From Marsupella aquatica (lineage: Eukaryota; Plantae; Marchantiophyta): a stretch of DNA of 64,000 nucleotides. Location: contig OZ316894.1 of the NCBI GenBank assembly GCA_973895155.1, positions 24,550,709 to 24,614,708 on the forward strand. Reading direction: 5' to 3'. The translations under genes were made by a program, and so were the position numbers. Below, in pieces: positions 39,231 through 51,361 of the stretch. Within the stretch, counting starts at the first letter, position 1; each line of letters opens with the position of its first letter. Below the pieces are notes generated by a model. The model worked only from the letters and a program-made list of their open reading frames with translations. It had not been told where the DNA came from and did not search any database.

Positions 39231-39938
39231 ATGTTTAGAGATGTTGCATGCCCCAAATGTGGTCGTCCACTATTGATGGGTGGCTCGTCTTTCAGTTTCA
39301 ATGCAGGGCACTAAATGTTGATCAGAGCTCGTGATACCGCTCAATTGACAGTCATGGTTTTTGTAATGTCAAGTACCTTCGCTCAAAAGCACTACCGGTG
39401 CAGGATGAGATCAGAATATTGATGCTTCCGATTGCATTCCGATTTCTAGCTTTGAGCCACCCGAAATTTCTCTGCAGCAGTTGTCATACTGCTCAGAGCA
39501 TAATTTTCCACTGATTGGTATGATAGCAAAACACTTTAAAAGAATGCAGTACATTGAATGTCGCCTTCTTGATTGCGAGTGAATCATACAAAAACCGTGA
39601 TTCACTCGTCTTTCACGGACATTGAAGCTGTGCTCTTGAAGAAAGTGTCAACTGCCTTCTGAAGGGGTCCAGACAGTGCAATTTAATTGAGAGGTTGCAG
39701 TTATGATGGTGTGAGTTCTCGACGATTAACAACCAACTAAGGTTGAAGATTGCACAATTGAATAAAATCAAAGAGGCTTGAGACATCCAAGTCTAACGCA
39801 CGACAGAGACGTTATGCGTTATGAGAAAATTTCTCCCTTGCGATACAATTTCTCGAGGCAGTTGGTTCAGATGAGGAGGGCCAAATTACCAGAATAAATC
39901 TGCCGGTCAGCCGCTTGGAGAGCCACTGTGTCACCACA

Positions 39939-42900
39939 ATGTCGAACGAGGGAAAGAGAAGTCGGTGCAATCACCCTGAGGCGGAATTGAGCAGAGAGAG
40001 AGTACAGGTGGTGGTGCGTTCCAGGCCCCTTCTGCAACGCGAAATTGCCGAGGGACGCATCAATTGCGTGTCTGTAGACAAGGAACACTCTACTATTCAG
40101 GTTAGTCTAGTTCTTCGTCGCCAGCCAAATGGCTGAGTGCAAGTGCACCTCCAAGGTTTTCTTGTTGCCTTCAATTGAATTTAATGAGCTTTGACTTTTC
40201 ATGTAGAGTACTAACCATATTGAGTTAATTGAAAGAGAGATTGCTTTACTCTTCAAAATCTTGTCTGAGTAGGAGACGACGGGGTGGATAGGATACATGA
40301 ATAATTAACCTAACACAAAATAATCATGGAGAGAATTTGTCCTTGAAGGATAGGAAAATTGAGTTAAATTATAGAGGGAGTCTAAGGCCGGAGAAGATAG
40401 GAAGTATGTGTTGCCGTTAGCGTGGAAAATAATTGTCCTCACATCTGAGAGCTTTGAGCTTGCGTCTAGGTATATAATCTGAAAGTCTCGTTACAAAGCC
40501 TTGTGAAAGCTTCCTCATTCAAGCTGGTAGTTTCTTGGCTCAGGTGCGGAACATACGTTTCCCTGAGTTACCGCCCAAGCTTTTCACGTTTGACCGGACA
40601 TACGACAACACATGCACACAACGGGAACTCTACGACGATGCGGCACATCCCATTGTGCACAGCGTGATGTGCGGCTACAATGGCACCGTGCTGGCATATG
40701 GCCAAACTGCCTCAGGCAAGACTTTTACCATGGAAGGGCTGGACAATCCTCCAGGTATGTAGCCTCTCCCTCGCCATATGACGTCCTTTTCATATGGGTG
40801 CCATTTACCCCCTTTTTGAGAGCTAAAACTTCCACTTGTCCGCTCTTTACTGTGCAGTTCGTCAAATTGTCCGAGGTATACAACAAGAATTGCATGGTTT
40901 AGATGTCTTACAAGTGATCGATAAAGTTTTTGGTAACAAGTGTTGCAGAGATGCGAGGCATAATTCCTCACGCTTTTGAAGATATATTCGCACACATTGA
41001 GCAAAGCAAGAGTTCGGACCACTTTCTGGTGCGGGCTTCTTATCTGGAGATCTATAATGAGGAGATCCGTGACTTGCTCGTCCAAAGTCCCAATCACTGC
41101 AGGCTTGATTTGAAGGAGAGTGGGGATGGTGGTGTCTATGTAAAGAACCTCACGTCTGTCACTGTGCAGAGTGTCTCAGACATCACCCGTTTGCTAATGG
41201 TACATTGAACTGTACAATCTCTTTCCTAATGGTTGCTGTTGTGCCTTCTTGATTGCAAGTCGAAGTTAAGGACGTACGTCAGCTTAAGCTACGGCCTTAA
41301 TGACGGTTTACTATCCATCCAACGCATTGGAACAAGGTGCTCATTTCTTGACTTGGCCATGTTTTTTTGTTGATTGCAGATGGGGAAAAAGAACAGGTCG
41401 GTGGGAGCGACTCTGATGAATCAAGACTCCTCTCGATCCCATTCCATTTTTTCGGTCACAGTGGAAACAAGCGCAGGCCCTTGCGCCGAGAATGATGGGG
41501 CATTGCACAGTGTGATCCGTGTGGGAAAACTCAATCTGGTAAAAGTGCAACTCTGTAGCTAGTTAGTCAATGACTAGCTCCTGCAGGCCTAAATTCTTGT
41601 TTAAATCGAAAATGGGTTGGTGTGGAACTCTCAAATCTATAGACCATGCCAGATATTTCTCTCGGTATCCATTCATCTCCAGTATTCATTGAACGTCCAC
41701 ATAGATTTGGGTCAAGCTAGTGAACACTTGCGGTAGGTGATACACTATGTCAGTTTATTTGAACCCTTAATTCCTTAACTTCATTTGAAATCTAGTGTTA
41801 GAAGTTCACAGATCATCGCTAAAACATGTTCAGGATAGTTCATTATCCGATATCCAACCATCTGCCACGTCCTTTTGGACTGTCCAGGTAGATTTGGCTG
41901 GCAGCGAAAGACTCAACAAGACAGGAGCAACAGGGGACAGATTTCGAGAGCTGACCAATATCAACTGGTCCCTCTCTGCGTTAGGCAATGTAATCTCGGC
42001 TCTAGTGGATGGTAAAACGACCCACATACCTTATCGAGACTCTAAGCTGACTAGGCTTCTTCAAGACTCGTTGGGTGGAAACACCCGCACGGTGATGTTG
42101 GCCAATATTGGCCCTTCGGATTACAATTTTGATGAGTCCATCAGTACATTACGCTACGCAAATCGTGCTAAAAATATTAAAAACAAGCCACGCATCAATG
42201 AGGACCCTAAGGACGCCATACTGCGCGAGTTCCAGGAAGAAATAGCAAGGTTAATTTTCTTTGTTCTTCAATTCTCATTCTATGGTAAGCTTTTATATTC
42301 TGGGTAGCATGCGTGTCACTCTTCAATAAAGCCCAATTTGACATCTATCTTCCAGAGGGGATCCTTCAGAAGATGATTGTACAAAACTCGCCGTGATGCA
42401 GGCTGAAGGCTCAGTTGCAGATGAGTATTCCTGATACAGAGTCTCGTGTGGATGGACATGCGAAGAGAGAGAAAGAAATTGAGCAATACAAGGATCAGAT
42501 TCGCCAAAACATGGAGCGGGAAGTCTCCCTTCACAAGACTTTGAGCGAGCAAGCAATGGCGTGCATAAAAGCCGATTTGGAGAGAAAGGTATTGATTTCC
42601 TGGGATTTCTACCTACGACTAAAGTGACTTCATTATATCTGAAAGCAAACTGATCCACATACAAACCTGGCTCCTAAATTTGAGAGGTTAGTTAGGATCC
42701 CATCAAGGCACTGAAATTCTCGGGGGCCTTTAGCTTGCCCTGAATGAAAATTGAGGAAGGGGCTTCTGCGGTCTCACCTCAATTGCGGAGCTTTGTGTCA
42801 GTTAGGCCCTAACGAGAATTTTTACTGTCAGATCCAGTTATTGTTCTGATGAGAGCTTCCCACATTGTGACTGGAAACAGAAATTGCACGTATTCTGGTT

Positions 42901-44747
42901 TTGGCTTTGGAGCTGTGATCCCTTCAGGCCTGCTGATCACAAATGAGAACATGATGCGGGGGAGGAACTCAGGCTCAATTGGAGATGGAGGCCTTGAAAG
43001 TAGAGAAAGAGCGGACCGAAGAGGAAAAGCAAAAGATTGCAAAAAAGCTGTTGCAGCAGCATATGGAGCTACAATCTCATTATCAGGTTGCCATCGTACT
43101 GTAATGGTTTATCTTTCCTGTGCAACGAAGGCTTCTGAATCAGAGATCAAACTGAACCCCGTAATTATATAATATGTTAGCTTGTGACTGTCACCGAGGT
43201 GACTTTGGATCCATTGTTCTTGGTGACTGACGAGTTCGCTCATCATTTCCACAGGCTCTTGTTAAAGAAAAAGAGGACAGAGAAGTGCTTGCTCAAAAGC
43301 TCCAGGCATTGGAGGAGAAGCTGCTGCATGGATCAAACATGGCAAATGAGAAATTGTCTGAGAAAGCAAAAGAGCTTGCAATGCGGGAGCAGCAAATTCG
43401 AGATAAGGAGTTTCTGGATGAGGAGCGGAAACGAAAAATTGCAGAACTAGAGGTCAGGTCATACCTATTGCTCCCTTGCTCTTTGGGTTCACCTACACAG
43501 GAGGAATGGAAACACAACAAGCGGCAAGAAACCTTTTAGTTTTCTGAGGTGATTTGCCCGAAGCATGTGCAGGAAGCCCAACTAATGGTCGAAGAGAAGT
43601 GCAGCACCATGGAAGAAGACGTGGAAGTGAAGACGCGAAAATTGAGGAAGCTCATGGCTCGGTACCAGCAGAGCAAAGCAGAAATAACCACTCTCCGCAC
43701 TGAGCTTCAAGACACAATTCACGAGTTTCAACGAGAGCGCGCAGACATGTTTTTGTCACTCCGCTCCCTCGATCAGCAACTCCAACTGAAATCATTCATT
43801 ATAGAGGTTAATTTTTAGTGCCACCTCTAAAACATTTTTGTGCGGTCGAGTTAATGATGGATTGTTACCTGAAAGGTAATCCTACGGTAGTTCGCAGCAC
43901 TTAATGCGTCAGTGTCCATGACAAAACCATGTGTATTTCAACTGCAACCTTCACTGTTGAATGCTTTTGCCCGTCCACCCCCAGCTGAAAATTGAATACA
44001 GTTCAGTCAAGTTCAGGAACGGCTTGGAGTTTCTAGTGCTGAAACAGAGAATCTGAATGATGCTGAGCAGAAATTCATACCGCCAGAGGAGATATCCAAA
44101 ATTATGCGAAGAGCAATTTGGGATGAGGAGAGTGAGACGTGGGTTCTTCAGAGCGTGGTTCAGAAACTCCCTTCTAGTGCTGGTGATCATCGTCTCTACT
44201 TAACAGATGGCATCAACAAGCAACCGTTGCAACGGCCTGTGTCAGCAATGGGAAGGAGCCGGCCAATGTGTCGTCAAGCTGAAGAAGCGATTGCAAGAGG
44301 AGATCGTGATCCAAGATACTTGTATGTGCATACTCTTTCAGCTCTCTTAATGCGTCGATCAAGCATTGTTGAACTCTTCTTGCAGCTGTAATTTGACTAT
44401 ACTCTTAACCTGTTGAAGGGTTTATACTCCTGAATTTTATCTACAGTAATCCATGACTAGAGTTTTACAATCACTACAGCTATTAGAACTAATAGTTCTA
44501 ATCTTGAAAGCATGGATGCAGGGTGGACAACATCTTGAGACTGGATTTGGACATGCCTGAGCGCACCACTTACGACTACGACAATCCTGGTGATCGGGCA
44601 CGAGCAGAAGCAGACGTGGAACTGGCATTAATGGAGTTCGAGGATGATACCCCTTATTACTCTTACGAATCCAGTCTTCCCACCCCTGCTCGACCAAAAT
44701 CAGCCCGCACCAAACACCATTCCCGACCAAAGACAGCTACACGTTGA
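39939..44747 (+). CDS. KIF3B: Kinesin-2 anterograde IFT motor subunit (KIF3B/FLA8-type tail), 11 exons, ~784 aa
   Basis: Exons 39939-40100, 40544-40754, 40949-41199, 41380-41538, 41888-42249, 42402-42588, 42973-43086, 43255-43452, 43573-43806, 44071-44321, 44522-44747 (all GT-AG, frame consistent). P-loop GQTASGKT, switch I SSRSH, switch [29 protein letters not shown], kinesin-2 neck [25 protein letters not shown], coiled-coil stalk, and tail [23 protein letters not shown] resembling KIF3B/KIF17/FLA8. The family call is firm; exact orthology and the symbol are less so. Confidence 0.9.
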
Positions 44748-45040
44748 TGGGTCATGATTGAGAATCTAAACTCATCAAGGAGTCTAGATGTCCGTTGTCT
44801 TCGCGACACTGTTGCGTTACCCTGACCATCCTTGAATTGGATGCTTGTTATCGTTTAACAAACTAGTATGAATGAAAATTTTTGACACCTGAATTTTCAC
44901 TACAAACTTTTTGCAAGGCTACTACTTACTGTAGAGGCTCAAATGTTCCTCATGGATTTCTGTGTCATCCTGAATTACGATTACGATTACGATTTGTTTG
45001 TTTTCTTGTTTCAAGGAAAGAGAATCATAAACTCTGATAT

Positions 45041-45074
45041 TCTCTCTCTAGAGAGAGAGAGAGAGAGAGAGAGA
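45041..45074. repeat. (CT)n/(GA)n microsatellite
   Basis: tctctctctagagagagagagagagagagagagag. Confidence 0.9.
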
Positions 45075-47238
45075 GGTTGCCAGAGCTCACACATGCGTTG
45101 TTCCTGACTAACATTCTCCCTAAACATAGCTACGGTAGTCACTAAACCCTGCGTCACATGGGCGACTGTCAAAAGCTGCAAGGTGAGCAAGATAGGGGTC
45201 AAAGGAACGTTGCCACTTGCTATTGACATAATGATCTTGACCATTAGTTATAGTTCTGGAGTGCCTTTGCCGCAACTTCTGGTTCAAATATTTCCTTCGC
45301 TTTGCCTGCTCACCATCTTAATCTGAGCATCAATTAGCATTGATCGAGCTGTACATTTTCACGAACTGGATCGCGGAGGGGATTGTTCGAGCCATGGCTT
45401 TTCAAAAACGAAATCGCGGAGAGCATTGTCCTTGGTCATATTACCTTACTTTGGGTTCTGCTGTGACTACTATTTGGATGGTTATTGTTCTCAGATTTGG
45501 ATCGTACACCTCGTGCGCGCCTAGGGGTCACCAAGTAATCATCCTCTTCCGTGATGCGTAATAAGTTTACGTCATTTTGTACACCGTACTCTACATGGTG
45601 CAGTATGTACCTTCGAATCCCGAAAGATAGTCCATAGACACAAAATGAGGGTTCTTCTTCAACAGGGACAATCTATCAAGCCCTCTATCAAGCCCTGTCG
45701 ACCTCGCCCTTCGGGTGACCGTGCTGTGCTTCGCCAAGTTATTGAGGTGCTCAGAGGGGAGGTAGTGCTACCTGGTTTCCACATCCGCTTTGGCCTCGGA
45801 TCGGACTCGGGAAGCCTGAAGACACCGGTGGGAAATTTGTCATTTCGGCAAAATCCGGCCACTACGCGTCACTGAGAGCGATTTTTGAAAGCCGCAAGCT
45901 GACAGGAGGGATCGCTCTGCATGTATGAGGAGACGTGGCATTGGTCCTGACACGAATCCTGCAGCTGGGCTGACTGGAGGTCGGAAGTGCGAACACGAAG
46001 GAGCCATATCCATATTACCGATCAGGAGGATTTGATCAGGCAGCCTGCGAGCAATGGGTGAGTGAGAAGTCACCCATGGCTCAAACACTAAACATAATCA
46101 CTGACTGGACGCAAGAGATGTCACATTCGCTTCTAAGAACATGATCGGATGGACTATATGACTGCTACAGATTCAAATCCGGCCGCGCATCACCAAAAAA
46201 AATACCACCCTTGGACTGAAGACGCTTTGACCAAAAGGCAAGTTCTACCACGTTTGCCTCGTACCGCTCAAAACCAAAGGCTACTTTAGTCACAGTTCCC
46301 AAACTAGAGATTGTCAAGAATCTGTAAAAGATGGCCTCCACAGCTGTTGCTGAACTACCCGAATCCTCCCAGGAAAGGCTTCCAAAGAAAAGTAAGATAA
46401 CTTGTTACAGAAGCGCGTAAAGCTGCGCAGCATCTACAATGATGACAACTGCAGGACAATTGGCGATACGTTTCACATTCCATTCACTAACGAACAGCTT
46501 GCTTCCATGCAGAGACAAGTAGTTGAAGCGACCCCGAGATACAACAAATGCCACCCTGGGGTGCTTGGATCCTTAGGGAAGGTCGCACTTGGAAGTGCCA
46601 GTCCAGACAGGAGATTGACAACCCAGACGTCTTGAGATTGACGAGGACCTATGAACGCAGCCTAGCACAGCTATAGCTTAGTTCTGTCCTGGAATCCTAC
46701 TCTCATGAATTGTTGTTGAGTTGAAGTTTCGTTTCCTTCTCTCTGGTATAGATCGAAGTGCCCCCACAGTTTGTTTGATTATTTTACCAGAAGAGATTTT
46801 CTGGCGACAATTTCCCAAAGCTTACAAGTCAGTGATTATTAGGAAATCATAGGGGCGATAGGAAATAAGACAATTCTCTTACAACAGTCTAGTGAAGCAA
46901 GCCCGAATTTCTTAGCACTGGTGGAGCATTTCAGAAACAAACAGCTGATTCGTACGATGCTACTTGGATGCTACTTGCCCTGACATCCATTGCTGGTCTG
47001 CCAGCTTCAAAACACTTTAGAAAAGCAATCCTATTCCAACTGAATCTACTACTTTTTCATAATTATTGACAAACATGCTGCAAATCAACAGAACATTCTT
47101 GCCTTCTTGGGCGATTGTGGGGTGGGGCTGCAGAGGTGCGGTCAGTCCAGCAGTGCAGGGTGTCCCGCTGCTAGGAAAGTCTCTTACCACTTGGAACAGC
47201 TGCTGCTCGACATCATTCTGATGAACTTCGCTTGGATT

Positions 47239-47391
47239 CCACTGACAACAGAATGTGGGCTCAACAGCATAGCTCCCACCTGTCTTGTCCACCACGCCTC
47301 TATAACCTCTTCGCTTGGCCTCCACTGACATCAGAATGTGGGCTCAAAAAGCGGTGCTCCCACCTGCCTCGTCCACCATGCCTCTATAACC
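47239..47391. repeat. ~83-bp-period diverged tandem duplication
   Basis: ccactgaca.cagaatgtgggctcaa...gctcccacctg.ct.gtccacca.gcctctataacct at 47239 and 47322. Confidence 0.8.
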
Positions 47392-48036
47392 TGGTCTGGA
47401 CCCAGCACAACACAGATTGGCATCACAAGGTAGAGCCCCCAACATGCTACAGTAGGTATGGCCCTCGCCTTCCTCTCACAAAAGCCAGTATGTTAGTGTT
47501 TTTGAAAGGAAGCATTTGGGGATTATTTGCCAAGCAAGCGAAAGAGACCTCTGCATAAGTGCAGCCCATCCAAGTGCAATCTCTAATTTGGTGCACTGCA
47601 GAAGCTTCTTCCCTAGAATTTTACAAGTTCAGCCAGGCCTCACTACTAGATAGCTCTGTAAGTACGATGCCCTCTAATATTGATGTTACGAAAAGACAGA
47701 TTTTCAAGTTTAATTCCCTCTATAAGTGACATGGACCCCTTATTCATAACCTGAAATATTAAAAAGTCAGCCGGGGTCTTTTGAAAAAAATGAACCCTAT
47801 GCATAGGTGCAAGAGAACACACATTGCATTTGCTTTTGACTGCTTGGGGCATGGCAATGTTAGAGACGTTGTCCATCAAGTTCTTGGGCTTGCTTTACAA
47901 GTGGTCAGACCCGTTGCTTCTTGATATTCTCTTTCTCTTTCCTTTCATTGTACTTTGTTTTTCCTTGATTTATAAATTCTGATGCGCCTTTGACCTCTAA
48001 GAGTATATGGAGTGTATAATGAGTGGAAAGGGTTGC

Positions 48037-49064
48037 AGTTAGCTTTGCAAGAGAGAAGGGGGGCATTCAAATATGTTTTCTACCAATCCTAGCTAGCAGT
48101 GGGCCCAAGGAAATGTTGTTTTTTGAGTGGATTAATTTTAGACCACAGAGGGTGGGCTTTACATGACAATAATGGGGGCAGTTGTGTCTTTGCATCCAAA
48201 GCAAAGAGAGAGGGGGGGCGTAGCAGTTAGATTACACTAAAGTTAAAATGCTTGAGCCAAAATGTGTCAGGTCTGGAGATCATAAAAGAAATACATTAAA
48301 GTTTAAGTGGATGAGCCAAAATGTGTCAGGTTTGGAGAATAGAAATGGGCATGCTTGGTCCGTTCTTTAGACCACCTGAACAGGGGGTCTATTTTTTTTG
48401 ACAAAAGTCATGTCAAAAGAAGGGGGGACCCACAAGGGCCCTACTGCACATGACTAAGGGTTGTTTTGCATGTAAGTGGCACTTTCGTTTGAGTCCGTGG
48501 CTTCTCCCGAAATTGATAGTGAAGGGTGTCATTGGGCCCAACTTTAGTGACCCATTCTCATTTTGTTTTAGTAAGATTTCACAGATACAGGAACTCAAAG
48601 GCACTGAAGTTTTGGGCCTTTGCCCTGATTCTTCACAAGAGATGCCATCAGGCCTGTTGGAGGAGGGGGTGCAAGCATGAGTGTCTCAGTCAATCATCTC
48701 ATGCAAGGCTCAGTTGAGGGCCGCAAAAGTAAAGGCTGCCCACATGCAAGATGGCCCCAAGATTGATAATAGTTGTGCCTTATTATGCCCCAAGATTTTA
48801 TAATGTGAGGTCTGGCATGTTACCACCTTTGAAATGGCTAGGATTGCATCTTGGACATAGAGGAAAAAGAGATCTGTCACTGAGTTCCTGTATAGCTCCA
48901 AAGGTGGTCCAAACATTTTTAAACTCGACTCTTGGTTGTACTAATAGAACTCAATTCAAATGATTTTTGTCACGAGTCTATTTTTAGGCCAAGAAGTGGC
49001 CCTCTAGTTTGGTTTGGTGAAAACAAGTCACTTGTGCCCCCCCCTCCTTCTTGGAAAGCCAGCT
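48037..49064. mobile_element. Putative old TIR element (~1 kb) with ~70-bp imperfect terminal inverted repeats
   Basis: The left end agttagctttgcaagagagaaggggggca...tgttttctaccaatcctagctagcagtgggcc resembles the reverse complement of the right end (agctggctttccaagaaggaggggggggca...tgttttcaccaaaccaaactagagggcc). No clear TSD. Confidence 0.5.
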
Positions 49065-49134
49065 TCAGCTGGGCTAAGAAAGCATTATGAGGCTCCAGTC
49101 AAGCACAGCTGGTGACATTTCGTATAGAGTGGGT

Positions 49135-49400
49135 AAACTGTAATCGGTGGGAGAATCATAAAATCATATGGAGACCACCCATAGCTTTGCAGGACTCAGG
49201 ACTGTGACAAACAGTCCATCGCAACGTGCCAAGGTGCAATCTGATTCATCAGTAGTAACAGGAGAATGGGCAAAACAGTGATCGGTGGGAGAATCATGAA
49301 ACATGCCTGTAGACAACTCATAGCTGTGCAGATTGTGACAAACAGTGCATCGAAAAGTGACAAGTTGCGATCTGATTCATCAGTAGGAAAAGGAGAACGA
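49135..49400. repeat. ~138-bp-period diverged tandem duplication upstream of the HMA gene
   Basis: atcggtgggagaatcat...catagct.tgcag...tgtgacaaacagt.catcg...atctgattcatcagtag.aa.aggagaa occurs twice (~49135 and ~49273). Confidence 0.8.
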
Positions 49401-50049
49401 AAGTAAATTGGCTCCCAATAGCCTTGCACGTACGGTACAATTGCAATCGGTTCTCATCATTGCATTCGTCAGCAGGAAAGGTCAGACGAGGAACATTGCT
49501 CACTAGCTATGGTAGGCAGTAATGTCTGTAGCTGTGATCCGCGATCTCCTTCAGACTGAAAAGGATGAAAACTGTCCAACCCAGAGTCACGCGTGAGTTT
49601 GTATTCTTAGCTGGGCCTACAATTCGAGCAATTCGAGCCGCTACAGTCATCCGACGTATCTGTCTAACTGCGCGTATTTGGTTGGAGCACAATAACATCC
49701 ACTCGTTTCTACCCCCATGAGCCACTATATATGGAAGTGTTGCCCTGAGAGGACCACATTCCAGCTCCAAAGCTCCAAATCCCATGTTCACCGCGTTCAT
49801 GGGCAAGTGAGCTATTCATCTCGTGCCCTCAAGGCCATTCCTCTACTACCTCAAGCATCAAGCGAGTCCGACCTCAGGTGATCGGACTTCATTTTGAAGT
49901 CATCCGGTCTTAAAGCCATCCGGTCTTAAAGCCACTTCTTTGTGTCAAGTGAACGTTCAAACGTTCCAACGTCAGTTTTCGTGGCCTCAAGCGTGTTCTC
50001 AGATCGAGGAGTTCATCAATACTTGCATTGGGAAGAGGAACCGGCGAGC

Positions 50050-51361
50050 ATGTCTTATTTTGAGGTAAGGCGACCGTCAAGTTTTCAACTCCACGAGCAG
50101 CACATTTGAGTCATTCGTCGCTGTCCAGACTGACGAGAAGTGAACGGTAGGCAGAAGATTAAATTAGTTGAGGGCCGGAGCTTCTAATGAGGCCACGGAC
50201 CGAAGCAGACATTGGATTACTGTGATGGATCTCTCGTGAACTACTAGTCAGGAGTGGATACCCATTTGAAGTGCTCAACGGTGTGAATTACAAGCGTCGC
50301 ATAGGTTAGAGAAGATTGATGATTTTTAGAACCAAGGACGGTGAATAATCATGTCTGTTGTCATCGATGCAGCATTACCACGCGGGACAACCAGTTACTT
50401 GGAAGCCTTATGACAGGTCAAACTATCGTTACGAGTCCGATTCCTACCCGGATTCCTACGGTAGTCCGATCTACCATTCTGTAAGACACGCAACCACTTG
50501 CATCTCTAGTTCTGGCATCTTTAGTTCTCCTGTCGCTGGAAGCCGATTGTTTTGAGCCAGGAAATAATCCAATCATTCCATACCGTATTTAAATATTTAA
50601 CTGCTGTAAAATGTGCAGAATGCCGTCATGTTGTACGTGCCCATGTGCTGTGAGGAGTGCGTCCAGAGAGTTAGAAAATCGCTCCAAAATGTCGACGGTA
50701 AGTAGTTATCTCCACCGTAAGCTTCCTTTGCGGTTGTTTCTGATTGTCAGTGCTAACATCGCTCTCCTCGTGCACTATAGTGCATTAAACGCATTGTTTT
50801 TTCAGCAAAACTCTCATCGGCTGCAGCCTCGTATTCCCACTGACTCAAAAGGGTTAAGAAGGTCTTAATCATTTCCCACAAATTATGTGTGCAGATGTCA
50901 ATTCGGTGGACATTGATGTTCGAAGACAGAGGGTGATTGTGAAGGGTAACGTAGATCCTGATAGGATTCTACGAAAGGTGCAGAAACAGATAATTACTGC
51001 AACATTTTGGGATAGCTCCGACTATGAAGCTCCAAACTACGGCGGCTCTTCAGCTTATGAATTTCCGCGTGTAAGCTTCAATAATTACAAGTACTACGGC
51101 CGAAGGCCAAGCGATGATTACGAAAATTACAGTGCTGAAGCGTATGATGACCGTCAGGCAACCTTGATCATTGATGCTCGCAGTGATGACTACGATTATT
51201 ACAGTCGGAGCCCAGCCTATGAGTACAATGACAGGTATCTGAGCCCTCCGAAGTATTCCGTGCACAACAATTACACATATAGCTATCCAAGTCATGTTGA
51301 GTACCCTCGGCACAACAATTACTACGCCTACAGCTCATATGATGCTCACCGATACCGATGA
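50050..51361 (+). CDS. Heavy-metal-associated (HMA) domain protein, HPP-like (no CaaX), with Tyr-rich extensions; 4 exons, ~222 aa
   Basis: Exons 50050-50064 (MSYFE|gtaagg), 50373-50480, 50619-50697 and 50895-51361 splice in frame to give ...NAVMLYVPMCCEECVQRVRKSLQNVDDVNSVDIDVRRQRVIVKGNVDPDRILRKVQKQIITATFW..., a typical plant HMA domain with an MxCxxC motif. The first micro-exon is the least certain part. Confidence 0.85.
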
